A DNA stretch of 64,000 nt from Vicinamibacterales bacterium (lineage in GTDB: Bacteria > Acidobacteriota > Vicinamibacteria > Vicinamibacterales > 2-12-FULL-66-21). This document shows positions 27,541-37,606 of the stretch, in pieces. Under the pieces are notes generated by a model. The model searched no databases. It was not told the origin of the DNA and saw only the letters and a list, made by a program, of their open reading frames with translations. The position numbers and the translations under genes are program-made. Numbering within the stretch: position 1 is the stretch's first letter; every line of letters begins with the position of its first letter. Where the stretch lies: contig JBMDXQ010000090.1 in NCBI GenBank assembly GCA_048594975.1, positions 7,093 through 71,092 on the forward strand. Reading direction: 5' to 3'.

Positions 27541-27748
27541 GGCTGCCGCCGTTCGGTAGGTGTCTGCCTGCCGTCGCACGTTGGCGACGCGATCTGCCAT
27601 CCGCCCGAGCCGACATCATAGTCCGGACCTCGCGTCCCACGCCTCGCGAGACTTGCTGCTGTCTCGCACGGTCCTTCACGACCGCGCTCACGCCGGGCTC
27701 TGCCGTCCGCGCCCGTGGGTGCCGCGAACTCGCGGTACAATCCAGGCG

Positions 27749-28693
27749 ATGAGCGGGTTCTCGCTCCATCTCGGGCCGCGCGCAGCCCAGGTCGCGGCCG
27801 AGCTCGAGCGCGCGATGAACGCGCCGGGGGAAGAGCTCGCGCCGGCCGCGCTCGCCATCGCGCGGGTGGAGTATCCGGCGCTCGACCTCGCGCCGTACCT
27901 GGCGCGGCTCGATCGCATGGGCCGCGAGGCCCGGGCGCGGCTCGCGCCCGGCGCGACGCCCGGCGACGCCGTGCGCGCGCTGAACGAGTATCTCTACGAC
28001 GAGAACGGCTTTACCGGGAACCGGGAGCGATACGACGATCCGCGCAACAGCTTCCTCAATGACGTGCTCGATCGTCGCACCGGGATCCCGATTACCCTCG
28101 CCGTCGTGTACCTGGAGGTGGCGCGGCGCGCCGGGATGGCGGTCGCCGGGGTCAATTTCCCCGGCCACTTCCTGCTGCGCAGCGGCGGCGGCCGGTCCGG
28201 CGACTACACCGGCGGCGCCGACGACCTGCTGATCATCGATCCGTTCCACGGCGGTGCCCTGCTGAACGAGACGGACTGTCGCCAGCTCCTCCGCCAGCAC
28301 GTCGGCGACGAGGCGGCCTACGATCGCTCGCTGCTCGCCCCGGCCACCCGCCGCGACATCGTCGTGCGCATGCTCGTCAACCTGAAGCGGTTGTACGTGC
28401 GGATGCGATCGTTCCCGCACGCGCGCTTCATCTCGCACCTGCTGCTCGCGGCCGACCCCTCCGCTGTTCTGGAGCTGCGCGACAGAGGGCTGCTCGCCTA
28501 CCATCTGGAGGACTTCGCCGCGGCGCTGCGCGACCTGGAGGAGTACCTTCGCCTCGTGCCGAAACGGCAGCCGGAGGGGCCGAGCGATGAGGGCAGCGGG
28601 GCCGCCGACGGCGGGAACGAGGATGCGGACGAGACCGCGCAGGTCTGGGAACACGTGAAGGCGCTGCGCAAGCGCGTCGCCGGATTCAACTGA
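27749..28693 (+). CDS. SirB1/transglutaminase-like TPR protein
   Basis: FTGNRERYDDPRNSFLNDVLDRRTGIPITL, GVNFPGHFLLR, RMLVNLK, RDRGLL. Confidence 0.88.
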   Translation: MSGFSLHLGPRAAQVAAELERAMNAPGEELAPAALAIARVEYPALDLAPYLARLDRMGREARARLAPGATPGDAVRALNEYLYDENGFTGNRERYDDPRNSFLNDVLDRRTGIPITLAVVYLEVARRAGMAVAGVNFPGHFLLRSGGGRSGDYTGGADDLLIIDPFHGGALLNETDCRQLLRQHVGDEAAYDRSLLAPATRRDIVVRMLVNLKRLYVRMRSFPHARFISHLLLAADPSAVLELRDRGLLAYHLEDFAAALRDLEEYLRLVPKRQPEGPSDEGSGAADGGNEDADETAQVWEHVKALRKRVAGFN

Positions 28694-28778
28694 CCCGGAG
28701 CGCCGATCGGATGTCGCGGGCCGCAGGTCGACCTGCAGCCGGGTTCGCCAGGCACGAAGCCGCGAAGGCCCCTCGAAC

Positions 28779-30818
28779 GTGCGTATCCCGGCGTCGAGCC
28801 CCGAGCCCCGAACTTTGAGCACCCCGAGCACCACTGGCCGCGCGCTGCTGGCCATCGCCGCCGCTGCGCTTGCCTGGTCGGCGATCGTCGCGTTGAGCGG
28901 TGGGTTTCAGGTCCGCATCGCCGGCGTCCCCCTTTCCTCGCGCGACGCCAGCACGGCGCTGGTCGTCGCCGTCGTCGCGGCGATTGCCGGCGCCGCTCTC
29001 ACCTGGCGGTCGCGCGGTTGTCGCGCGGCGACGGGTGAATGGCTGCGGCTCAGGGATGCCGCCGCTGCGCGGACGATGCGGTCGTGGCGCCGCGTTCGCG
29101 AGCAGGCCTCGACCGTGACGGCGGACGCGCGGGAGCGCGAGCCCTGGCTGGCACTCGCGCCGGCGCTGGCAGTGGCGAGCGCCGGAGTCGCGGTGGCCGT
29201 GACGCAGTGGCTCGAGGCCCCGCCGTTCTGGCTCGACGAGGAGATGATCCTGCTGAACGTGCGGGATCGATCGTCGACCGGCCTCGGCGGCGCGCTGTGG
29301 CTCGGACAGAGTGCGCCGCTGGCGTGGCTCGCGGCCGAACGCGCGGCGCTGGTGACGATCGGACCAGGCGAGGCTGCGCTGCGCCTCGTGCCGCTGCTGT
29401 TCGGGCTCGCCACCGTCGGCGCGGCAGTCTGGATCGCGCACCGGTGGATGACCTCGCTCGGCGGCGCCATCCTCGTGCTGCTCTGCGCCTTCGCTCCGTT
29501 CGTCTCGCATTACTTCTTCGAGACCAAGCACTACTCCGCCGACACGTTCTGGGCGCTGCTCCTCCCGGCGCTGGCGGCGTGGGCGATCGACGGTGCCCGT
29601 CCCGAGACACGCGCCCGCCGCGCGCTGGCGTGGTGGACCGTGGCAGCCGTCGGCCAGACGGTCGCCAACGGCGCCCTGCTCGTGGCGCCCGGCTGCGCGC
29701 TGGTCCTCGTCCTCTGGTCGTGGCGCCGCGACGGCACGCGCGCCGCCGTGCGGGTGGCGCTGATCGGTTCGGCCTTTCTCGTCGTGTTCGCGGCACACTA
29801 CCTCGTCTCGCTCCGGTTCACACACGACAGCGAGTTCCTCCGCACGTACTGGCAGAACGAGGTGCCGCCAGCCTCCTCGGGCCCGTTCGCGCGGCTCGGG
29901 TGGGTTGGGGATCGACTGCCGCTGCTGGCGGAGAACCCCGCTGGCACGCGCTTCTGGAGGAGCCTGTGGATCGTGTCGGCGCTCGGCCTGGCGATGTCGC
30001 TCGTCGGGCGCACACGATCGCCGGCCCGTCGCCTCCTCGCCGTCGCCTTCGCGACCGCGCCGCTCACCGCGTTCCTGCTCGCCGCGATGCGCCTCGTCCC
30101 GCTCTACCAGCGCTTCTCGATCTGGATCGTGCCGGCCCTCTACGTCGGCGTCGCGCTGTCGCTCGACGCCGCGGTCCACGCCGTCCGGGACGCCCGTCGC
30201 CGGCGCCGGTGGACCCGGGCCGCCGCGACCCTTCCAGTCGCGGCCGCCGCCCTGGTGGTCAGCGCCGACATCCACGCCCGCGGGGTGCACGACATCGCGA
30301 ACATTCGCCCGTCGGAGAGCAAGCACGCGCTCAACGACCGCTATGCCGTCGAGTGGCTCATGGCACGCCTCCAGCCCGGCGACGCGCTGATGACCACGCG
30401 CCTCGGGTGGCCGGCGGTGTGGTGGTACGGAAACATCTCGATCGCGAACGCGGACCCGGATGGCGCCGTCAGCCATCCGCACGGCATTGCGCTGCTCCAG
30501 GCCGAGCATTCTGCACCGGGGCCCGACTGCGACGACGCCCTGCCGGGCGAGCAACTGAAGGATTACCGGCGGGTGCTGGTCTATGTCGGGTTCCGCGACC
30601 AGCCTCCCGGCTTCGACTACCTGCTCCTCGACGCGCTCGATCGCATCGGGGCGATCAAGGCGTTCAGCCGCTACAGCGAGCTGGGGCTCGCGGCGGTGAT
30701 CGATCTCGATGACCGAGCCGCGACGGATCGCACGCTGCCGGCGGTCAGCCCGAAGACGGTCGAGGCCCGCGAGCCGCTCGAGGGGTGCGTCCGCGTGCAG
30801 CCGGCGCGGCGGTGGTAG
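28779..30818 (+). CDS. GT-C membrane glycosyltransferase (GT39/PMT-like); start uncertain
   Basis: FWLDE acidic loop motif, ALRLVPLLFG, YFFETKHYS; many TM segments. Confidence 0.65.
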   Translation: MRIPASSPEPRTLSTPSTTGRALLAIAAAALAWSAIVALSGGFQVRIAGVPLSSRDASTALVVAVVAAIAGAALTWRSRGCRAATGEWLRLRDAAAARTMRSWRRVREQASTVTADAREREPWLALAPALAVASAGVAVAVTQWLEAPPFWLDEEMILLNVRDRSSTGLGGALWLGQSAPLAWLAAERAALVTIGPGEAALRLVPLLFGLATVGAAVWIAHRWMTSLGGAILVLLCAFAPFVSHYFFETKHYSADTFWALLLPALAAWAIDGARPETRARRALAWWTVAAVGQTVANGALLVAPGCALVLVLWSWRRDGTRAAVRVALIGSAFLVVFAAHYLVSLRFTHDSEFLRTYWQNEVPPASSGPFARLGWVGDRLPLLAENPAGTRFWRSLWIVSALGLAMSLVGRTRSPARRLLAVAFATAPLTAFLLAAMRLVPLYQRFSIWIVPALYVGVALSLDAAVHAVRDARRRRRWTRAAATLPVAAAALVVSADIHARGVHDIANIRPSESKHALNDRYAVEWLMARLQPGDALMTTRLGWPAVWWYGNISIANADPDGAVSHPHGIALLQAEHSAPGPDCDDALPGEQLKDYRRVLVYVGFRDQPPGFDYLLLDALDRIGAIKAFSRYSELGLAAVIDLDDRAATDRTLPAVSPKTVEAREPLEGCVRVQPARRW

Positions 30819-30822
30819 GCGG

Positions 30823-31545
30823 CTACTTCCAGCCGACCGAGGCGGCCAGGCGCTGCAGCAGTCCGGGAAACGACGGGCTCACGCTTGCCTTTTCGAGGAC
30901 GTCGAGGCACTCCTCAATCGACCCCACGGTCCCGATGCCGAGCGCCCTGGCGGCGGCAATCGACGATTCGTCGTGTCCCGGCAGGATGAGGAGCGGTTTC
31001 GCGCGGGAATCGGCGTTGACGTCGATGCAGTGCTGGAGGGTGTCGTCGACGTGGTAGTCCAGCTGCAGCGCGCGGGCGGCGGCGCCGCGCGATCCGGGGA
31101 TGACGAGCACGCTTGGCAAATCGAAGCCGTGCCGGACCAGCCAGCGCTGCGTCTGGCGCTGAACCGTGTCCCCGTCGGTTGCCGGCCGCTGCGTGATGAA
31201 GAAGACCTGCCAGCGGTGCCGGAGCATCATCTCGTGAATGCGGGCCACGGCTCCCGCGGCAGTCGGCTGCAGCGACTCCCAGAAGTTGGGTGTCGCGCGA
31301 ATGTCCCGCCAGACCGCGGCGAGGCGCTCCCGCAGCTCGCGCGCGGACGCGGTGCGATCGGCGGCGGCTGCGCCGGCGTCCGGCGCGACCTCTTCACCAC
31401 CGGACGCAGCGTCTTCTTCTTCAGGCTGGCGCACGGGCTGGCCGCCATCGTTGCGTCCGGCCGATCCGAAGAGGCGCCCTTCGACCTCGCGGAAGGCGGA
31501 TTCGAAATCCGCGAGCACGCCGTCCATGTCGAATGCGACCTTCAT
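30823..31545 (-). CDS. HAD-type 5'(3')-nucleotidase-like protein
   Basis: [27 protein letters not shown]. Confidence 0.65.
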   Translation of the reverse strand: MKVAFDMDGVLADFESAFREVEGRLFGSAGRNDGGQPVRQPEEEDAASGGEEVAPDAGAAAADRTASARELRERLAAVWRDIRATPNFWESLQPTAAGAVARIHEMMLRHRWQVFFITQRPATDGDTVQRQTQRWLVRHGFDLPSVLVIPGSRGAAARALQLDYHVDDTLQHCIDVNADSRAKPLLILPGHDESSIAAARALGIGTVGSIEECLDVLEKASVSPSFPGLLQRLAASVGWK

Positions 31546-32504
31546 ACGCCGGCCGGCGCGTGCGAGGTACGCAGCGAGGCCTGGTGCTCGAGGAACCACC
31601 GGTAGGTAGACTCGAGGCCGTCGCGGAGCGGGATAGAGTGACGCCATCCGAGCGCGTGGATCAGGGACACGTCGAGCAGCTTGCGCGGCATGCCGTCCGG
31701 CTTCCCGACGTCGAACACGAGCGCAGCGTCCGGATGGATGACGTCGCGCAGCGTCTCGGCGAGCTCACGGATCGACAGATCTTCACCGGTCCCGACGTTG
31801 ATATGTCCGGCCTGGTCGTAGCGCTCCATCAGGAACACGCAGGCCGCCGCCAGATCGTCCACGTGGAGGAACTCGCGCTGCGCCGCACCCGTTCCCCAGA
31901 TGACGACCTCGCGATCGCCGTTCACTTTCGCCTCGTGGAACCGGCGGATGAGGGCGGGAAGGACGTGTGACTGCGTCGGGTCGAAGTTGTCGTTGGGCCC
32001 GTACAGGTTCGTCGGCATCGCCGAGATGAAGTGCGATCCGTACTGCGTCCGGTACGCCTGGCAGAGCTTGATGCCGGCGATCTTGGCGACGGCATACGGC
32101 TCGTTGGTCGGCTCGAGGGGGCCGCCGAGGAAGTGCTCTTCCTTCATCGGCTGCGGGCAGAGGCGCGGGTAGATGCAGGAGCTGCCGAGATACAGCAGCT
32201 TTCGCACGCCGAACAGGTGCGCCGCGTGCACCACGGTGGCGTGAATCATCATGTTGTCGTAGATGAACTCGGCCGGCCGCGTGGAGTTGGCGAGGATTCC
32301 GCCGACCGTCCCGGCCACGAGGTAGACGTACTCGGGCCGGCTGGCGCGGAACCAGTAGTTGACCGCCGCCTGGTCGCGCAGATCGAGCTGCTCGCGGGTC
32401 GCGGTCAGGACGCTCGTGGCACCGAGGGCTGCGAGGCGACGGACGATCGCGGAGCCGACGAGGCCGCGGTGGCCGGCGACGAAGACGCGCGCGTTGGGGT
32501 TCAT
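31542..32504 (-). CDS. fcl: GDP-L-fucose synthase
   Basis: [47 protein letters not shown]. Confidence 0.95.
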   Translation of the reverse strand: MNPNARVFVAGHRGLVGSAIVRRLAALGATSVLTATREQLDLRDQAAVNYWFRASRPEYVYLVAGTVGGILANSTRPAEFIYDNMMIHATVVHAAHLFGVRKLLYLGSSCIYPRLCPQPMKEEHFLGGPLEPTNEPYAVAKIAGIKLCQAYRTQYGSHFISAMPTNLYGPNDNFDPTQSHVLPALIRRFHEAKVNGDREVVIWGTGAAQREFLHVDDLAAACVFLMERYDQAGHINVGTGEDLSIRELAETLRDVIHPDAALVFDVGKPDGMPRKLLDVSLIHALGWRHSIPLRDGLESTYRWFLEHQASLRTSHAPAGV

Positions 32505-32572
32505 CTACGTCACCGTGCTTCCTCGAATGCGACGGTCCTGGCGCGAACCCATCGGCGACCGTCGCGTGCAGC

Positions 32573-33193
32573 CTATCTGGCTGCCGTCTTCTTCCTGAAC
32601 GTGCCCGAGGCGTCCGGCCCGGTCTCGATGAACGCCAGGTCCGCCCCGTCGTAGGTGATCCGCCGGTCCGCCCGGCCGTCGCCGTCGTCGTCGAACGCGG
32701 CGGTCTTCACGCCGCCGTCAGCGTATGTTTCCCACTTGTCGGGACGGCCGTCGCCGTCGGTGTCCTCCTCGGAGCGCTCGAGGGTGTTCGCCCTGTAGAA
32801 CTCCCACCGCCCGATCTTCTTCTCGTCGCCGGTGAACGAGATCTCGACGCGTTCCAGGCTGCCGTCGGCGCCCGAGTACGCCCACGCGTCCGGCCTGCCG
32901 TCATCGCGGCGCGAGAAGCCGACCTTCACGAGCTTCGCGTCCACGCCGCAGTACTCCCAGCGGTCGATCCGGCCGTCCTCGTTGCGATCCTGTCTCGTGA
33001 ACAGCGGCCGGGAGCCGTCCATGTCCGTCCACGTGTCGATCGTGCCGTTGCCGTTCCGATCGTAGGTGAGTTGCCGCAAGCGCCCGGTCGTCGTGTCGTA
33101 GGTCGGGACGGTCGTCCGGCGCAGCCGCTCCGTGGCCGGATCGGAGCACGCCGTCAGGCACAGCAACGCTGCGGCGGCCGGAAAGATCTTCAT
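32573..33193 (-). CDS. Lipoprotein with DxNxDG..DxW repeats
   Basis: Lipobox LTAC; about six repeats such as DRNGNGTIDTW, DRNEDGRIDRW, DTDGDGRPDKW. Confidence 0.75.
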   Translation of the reverse strand: MKIFPAAAALLCLTACSDPATERLRRTTVPTYDTTTGRLRQLTYDRNGNGTIDTWTDMDGSRPLFTRQDRNEDGRIDRWEYCGVDAKLVKVGFSRRDDGRPDAWAYSGADGSLERVEISFTGDEKKIGRWEFYRANTLERSEEDTDGDGRPDKWETYADGGVKTAAFDDDGDGRADRRITYDGADLAFIETGPDASGTFRKKTAAR

Positions 33194-33249
33194 GGGAACA
33201 ACAAATTGTAACACGGCCGAGTGGGCCGGGCGGGCTGATTGCGCTACGT

Positions 33250-33415
33250 CGAACGCCGATCGGCGATCAACGGATTGAGCACTGCTGATCGTCGATCTGT
33301 CCAGGAATGACCGGGCCCGCGCGTGCGTACAATCGGCAGCCGGCGAGCGCCGCACACTCGTCAATCGCCGATCGTCGATGACGTGTGATCGAGGATCGGC
33401 GACCGACGATCCGCA
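33250..33415. repeat. CGATC-rich degenerate intergenic repeat with inverted copies
   Basis: GATCGGCGAT near 33257 and its inverse ATCGCCGATC near 33364; many CGATC units. Confidence 0.4.
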
Positions 33416-33421
33416 CTGGTC

Positions 33422-34792
33422 CTACTGCAGCCGGGAGACCTCGTCGTAGAGATGGGCGGACGCGATGATGCCGCCGTGGAAGTTCCCGAGGTCGAGCTTT
33501 TCGTTGGGCGCGTGGGAGTTCTCGTCGGGCAGACCGACGCCGAACAGCACGGACGGCAGGCCGAGGATCTCCTGGAAGGTCGCCACGACCGGAATCGACC
33601 CGCCCTCGCGGTTGAACACCGGCGCCTTCCCGAACCCCTTCTCGATCGCACGACCGGCGGCCTGCACGTACTTGTTGTCGAAGTCGGTCATCCACGGCTT
33701 GCCGCCGTGCATGCGCGTGACCTTCGCCTCCACGGTCTTCGGCGCGATCTTCTTCACGTAGGCCTCGAACAGTTCTGCGACGCGATCCGGGGATTGGTCG
33801 GGCACGAGACGCATGCTGCACTTGGCCATCGCCACGGCGGGAATGACCGTCTTCGCGCCCTCGCCGGTGAACCCGGCGAGCAGGCCGTTGACCTCGAAGG
33901 TCGGCCGCGCCCAGGTGCGCTCGAGCGTCGAGTAGCCGCTCTCGCCGAACAGCCGTGGCGCGCCGAGCCCCTTGCGGTAGCGCGTCTCGTTGAACGGCAG
34001 CTTCTTGAACTCGGCGCGCTCCTCGTCGCGCAGCGGCCGCACGTCGTCGTAGAAGCCGGGAATCTTCACGCGTCCGCCGCGGTCCTTCATCTGCGCGATC
34101 ATCTGGCAGAGGACGAACCCGGGATTCGCCACCGCGCCGCCGAACGACCCCGAGTGCAGATCGCTCTTCGACCCGCGCAGGTCGATCTGGAAGTAGACGA
34201 GGCCGCGCAGGCCGTAGCAGATCGAGGGCACGCCGCGGTCGAACATCGGCGAATCGGAGATGACCACCACGTCGGCGCCGAGCTCGCCCTTGTGCTCCTT
34301 GATGAAGTCGTCGAGGTGCTTCGATCCGACCTCCTCCTCGCCCTCGAGGATGATCCGCAGGTTGACGGGCAGGCGGCCGTTCTGCTTCATGTGCGCTTCG
34401 ATCGCCTTGAAGTGCATGAAGACCTGGCCCTTGTCGTCGGCGGCGCCGCGCGCGTAGATCTCGCCGTCACGGATCGTCGCCTCGAACGGCGGCGACTCCC
34501 ACAGCTCGACCGGGTCTACCGGCTGCACGTCGTAGTGGCCGTAGAAGAGGATGGTCGGCGCGCCCTCGGTGTGCAGCCAGTCGCCGTAGACGACCGGATG
34601 CCCCGGCGTCTCGATGATCCGGACGTTCTCCATGCCGATCCGTCGCATCTCGTCGGCCGTCCACTCCGCACAGCGGCGCAGGTCCTGCTGGTGCTGCGGC
34701 AGCGCGCTGATGCTCGGGATGGCGAGCCAGGCCTTGAGCTCGTCGACGAAGCGGTCCCGGTTGGTGTTGATGAAATCGATGACGTTGTTCAT
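33422..34792 (-). CDS. M20 family dipeptidase (CNDP/DUG1-like)
   Basis: YGHYDVQP, RGAADDKGQ, EGEEEVGS, HAPNEKL. Confidence 0.92.
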   Translation of the reverse strand: MNNVIDFINTNRDRFVDELKAWLAIPSISALPQHQQDLRRCAEWTADEMRRIGMENVRIIETPGHPVVYGDWLHTEGAPTILFYGHYDVQPVDPVELWESPPFEATIRDGEIYARGAADDKGQVFMHFKAIEAHMKQNGRLPVNLRIILEGEEEVGSKHLDDFIKEHKGELGADVVVISDSPMFDRGVPSICYGLRGLVYFQIDLRGSKSDLHSGSFGGAVANPGFVLCQMIAQMKDRGGRVKIPGFYDDVRPLRDEERAEFKKLPFNETRYRKGLGAPRLFGESGYSTLERTWARPTFEVNGLLAGFTGEGAKTVIPAVAMAKCSMRLVPDQSPDRVAELFEAYVKKIAPKTVEAKVTRMHGGKPWMTDFDNKYVQAAGRAIEKGFGKAPVFNREGGSIPVVATFQEILGLPSVLFGVGLPDENSHAPNEKLDLGNFHGGIIASAHLYDEVSRLQ

Positions 34793-34804
34793 GTCTGCCT
34801 CTCG

Positions 34805-35641
34805 TCAGTTCCTCGTGGGCACTTCCACCGGCAGGCCCTCCCTGTCCCCCCACTCCTTCCAGGACCCGACGTAGTTCCGCACGCGCAGGTAGCCGAGGAG
34901 GCGAAGGGCCAGGTAGGAGTGCGCGGCCCGGTAGCCGCCCTGGCAGTAGGTGAACACCTCACGATCCGGCGTCACGCCGGCATCGCGGTACATCTTCGAC
35001 AGTTCGCCGGCCGGCTTGAAGCGGCCGTCGGGAGCGAGGTTGCGCGTCCACTCGATGTGAACGGCACCGGGGATCGCGCCGCCGCGCCGCGCCCGGGCGA
35101 TGGCACCGGTGTACTCCGCGTCGGTGCGCGTGTCGAGGACGACGACGTCGCGGCGGCCGAGGGCGGCCCGGACGTCGCGCCACGTGGCGATCGTCTTGCC
35201 CTCGCGCGACCCGGCCCACTCGCTCTTTGGTGGCGGCGCCGGGTCGGTCGACACGGGCATTCCTGCCGCCGTCCACGCCCCGAAGCCGCCGTCGAGCAGC
35301 CGCGCCGACGGGTGGCCGAAGTACTCGAGAAACCAGAACGCGCGCGCCGCGCGGATGCCGGACTGCTCGTCATAGACCACCACCGGCCTCGCGGCATCGA
35401 CGCCGTGGATCTGCAGCACGTGCTCGATCATCCACATGAAGGCGCTGAGCGGCGCCGGGTCCGTGTCGATCAGGCTGACGCCCCACAGATCGAGGTGGAT
35501 CGCCGCGGGGATGTGCCCGGCGACGTACGCCTCGGGCGGCCGCAGGTCGAGCACGAGCGGTCGCGCTGCACCGTCGCCGTCGAGCATTCCCGCCAGCTCC
35601 TGCGCGGACACCAGAAGGTGGCCGTTGGCGAAGGAGGTCAT
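34805..35641 (-). CDS. Tandem-domain rhodanese sulfurtransferase (TST/MPST-like)
   Basis: YVAGHIPAA, LLDGGFGAW, active-site YCQGGYRA, NYVGSWKEW. Confidence 0.9.
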   Translation of the reverse strand: MTSFANGHLLVSAQELAGMLDGDGAARPLVLDLRPPEAYVAGHIPAAIHLDLWGVSLIDTDPAPLSAFMWMIEHVLQIHGVDAARPVVVYDEQSGIRAARAFWFLEYFGHPSARLLDGGFGAWTAAGMPVSTDPAPPPKSEWAGSREGKTIATWRDVRAALGRRDVVVLDTRTDAEYTGAIARARRGGAIPGAVHIEWTRNLAPDGRFKPAGELSKMYRDAGVTPDREVFTYCQGGYRAAHSYLALRLLGYLRVRNYVGSWKEWGDREGLPVEVPTRN

Positions 35642-35684
35642 AACCGTCAATGCTACTAGAAAGTGGGCGGCTCGGGGGTGGTTG

Positions 35685-35842
35685 GGTGCTGGGGGTGCTG
35701 GAGGGTGCTGGGGGTGCTGGAGGGTGCTGGGTGCTGGGGGGTGCTGGGTGCTGAGAGGTGCTGGGGGGTGCTGGGTGCTGTGAGGTGCTGGACGGTGCTG
35801 GGTGCCGGAGGGGGCTCAAAGGGTGCTGGTGCTCATGGTGCT
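35685..35842. repeat. Tandem GGTGCT(G) array, left arm (about 16 units)
   Basis: Direct count of GGTGCT units with short G-rich spacers. Confidence 0.85.
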
Positions 35843-36003
35843 TCACGGCCGCCCCATGATCGGCGCAGGGCCATGTTCGCCTTCATGGCCCTGATGCAGA
35901 TTCGCTTCATCTGTAGGTATTGTGCGTCGGTGAAGTCGCCGCTCTCTCGCCCGTCTGCGATCTGGTCCAGCGCCTCGCCGAGCGAGCCTCGGGCGATATT
36001 CAA
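35833..36003 (-). pseudogene. Four-helix-bundle protein remnant (C-terminal half)
   Basis: LNIARGSLGEALDQIADGRESGDFT resembles the IARGSL.E motif; in-frame TAG at 36036-36034 upstream; no intact N-terminus. Confidence 0.65.
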
Positions 36004-36103
36004 CGCGGCCTGCCAGCGCGTGGCGCTCCAGATCTACGGTTGAAACGGCGATCTGTCAGCAGCTCCTGCACCCTGGGATCGCCAGGGTTGCCGCAGAATC
36101 CGC

Positions 36104-36193
36104 AGCACCCTTTCAGCACCTCTGAGCATCCACCAGCCTTCAGCACCCAGCACCTTCCAGCACCCAGCACCCCCCAGCACCCCCCAAGCACCC
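36104..36193. repeat. Tandem AGCACC array, right arm (about 8 units), inverse of left arm
   Basis: AGCACC is the reverse complement of GGTGCT. Confidence 0.85.
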
Positions 36194-36213
36194 CTCAGCC
36201 CGAGACCGCCCGG

Positions 36214-37536
36214 TCACACCAGCCAGACATATCGCGCCACGAAGAGCGCGGCGAACAGGTAGATCAGCCAGTGCGCCTCCCGCCTGCGTCCGGTGGCGAG
36301 CTTCAGCGTGGCGTGCGCGATGAAGCCGAAGGCGATGCCGTCGGTGATGCTCACCGTCAGCGGCATGACGACGATCGTCAGGAATGCGGGAATCGCCTCG
36401 GTCGGATCGCTCCAGGCGATCCGGCCCACGCCCGCCATCATCAGCGTGCCGACGAGCAGCAGCGCGGGAGCGACGACCGGATACGTCACTGGCCCGGCCC
36501 CGGCCTGGTAGCCGCCGCCGATCATCCGGACCAGCGGGAAGCAGAAGAGCGACAGGAAGAAGAGCAATGCGGTCACGACGTTCGCCAGGCCGGTGCGTCC
36601 ACCGGCGGCCACGCCGGTCGAGCTCTCGATGTAGGCGGTGACGGTGGAGGTGCCGAGTGCTGCGCCGACGACGGTCCCGATCGCGTCGGCGAGGAGCGCC
36701 TGGCGCGCGCGCGGCAGGGTGCCGTCGCGCATCAGCCCCGCCTGGCTCGCCACGCCGACCAGCGTCCCGACCGAATCGAACAGCGCAAGGAAGAAGAAGA
36801 CGAAGATCACCGAGATCATCGCCGGCTGGAGCGCGCCGGGGACGTCGAGGCGCAGCAGCGTGGGCGCGAGCGACGGCGGCCGGCTGACCAGTCCCTGGTA
36901 AGTCACGACGCCCGAGGCAAGGCCCACGACCGTCGACGCGAGGATGCCAACCAGCATCGCCCCGCGCACCCGCCGTGCCAGCAGGACGGCCATCACGAAC
37001 AGCCCGAACAACGTCAACAGCGCAGCGGGCGACCCGAGGTCCCCCAGCGTGACGAGCGTTCCCGGCGAGCCGACGACGATGCCGCCCCACTCGAGGCCGA
37101 TGAGCGCGATGAGCAGTCCGATGCCGACCGCGATCGCGTGCTGGAGCGAGGCCGGGATGGCCCTGATCAGGTGCTCGCGCAGCCCGATCCCCGCCGTGAG
37201 GATGAAGATGACGCCGGCGATCGCTACCGCGCCGAGCGCGATCGGCCAGGGCGTGCCCAACCCCGCGACGACCGTGTACGCGAAGAAGAAGTTGTGGCCC
37301 ATCGCCGGCGCTACGGCGATCGGGTAGTTCGCCAGGAACGCCATGAGCAGCGTCGCGATCCCGGATGCGAGGCACGTGGCGACCAGCACGGCGCCGAAAT
37401 CCATCCCCGCCGCCTGCAGCACCGCCGGCTGCACGAAGATGATGTAGGCCATCGTCAGGAACGTCGTCACCCCGGCGACGACCTCGGTCCGCGCGGTCGT
37501 GCCGTGTTCCGTCAGCCGGAACACGCGTTCGAGCAC
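36214..37536 (-). CDS. NCS2 (AzgA/PbuG-like) nucleobase permease
   Basis: EVVAGVTTFLTMAYII, APAMGHNFFF, TAYIESSTGVAAGGRTGL, SITDGIAFGF. Confidence 0.93.
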   Translation of the reverse strand: MLERVFRLTEHGTTARTEVVAGVTTFLTMAYIIFVQPAVLQAAGMDFGAVLVATCLASGIATLLMAFLANYPIAVAPAMGHNFFFAYTVVAGLGTPWPIALGAVAIAGVIFILTAGIGLREHLIRAIPASLQHAIAVGIGLLIALIGLEWGGIVVGSPGTLVTLGDLGSPAALLTLFGLFVMAVLLARRVRGAMLVGILASTVVGLASGVVTYQGLVSRPPSLAPTLLRLDVPGALQPAMISVIFVFFFLALFDSVGTLVGVASQAGLMRDGTLPRARQALLADAIGTVVGAALGTSTVTAYIESSTGVAAGGRTGLANVVTALLFFLSLFCFPLVRMIGGGYQAGAGPVTYPVVAPALLLVGTLMMAGVGRIAWSDPTEAIPAFLTIVVMPLTVSITDGIAFGFIAHATLKLATGRRREAHWLIYLFAALFVARYVWLV

Positions 37537-37606
37537 GCGCAGAGCATACCGCTTCGCCGTGCACCCTTGACTCGGCGGGCCTCTGGATCGCAAAGTAAGT
37601 GGAGAC

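Noticed and set aside
34805-35641. Rhodanese as dedicated sulfur donor for rhodanese-less ThiI
   Set aside because: 15 kb apart and not co-transcribed; no sequence support
35370-35846. ORF with HPAPSST repeats (and 35663-36043, 36000-36191)
   Set aside because: Translation artefacts of the GGTGCT arrays overlapping the rhodanese gene
35833-36003. Diversity-generating retroelement (Avd-like accessory gene)
   Set aside because: No reverse transcriptase or TR/VR pair seen in the window
37540-37606. Purine riboswitch upstream of the NCS2 permease
   Set aside because: The gene appears leaderless and the intergenic space is too short, with no aptamer consensus
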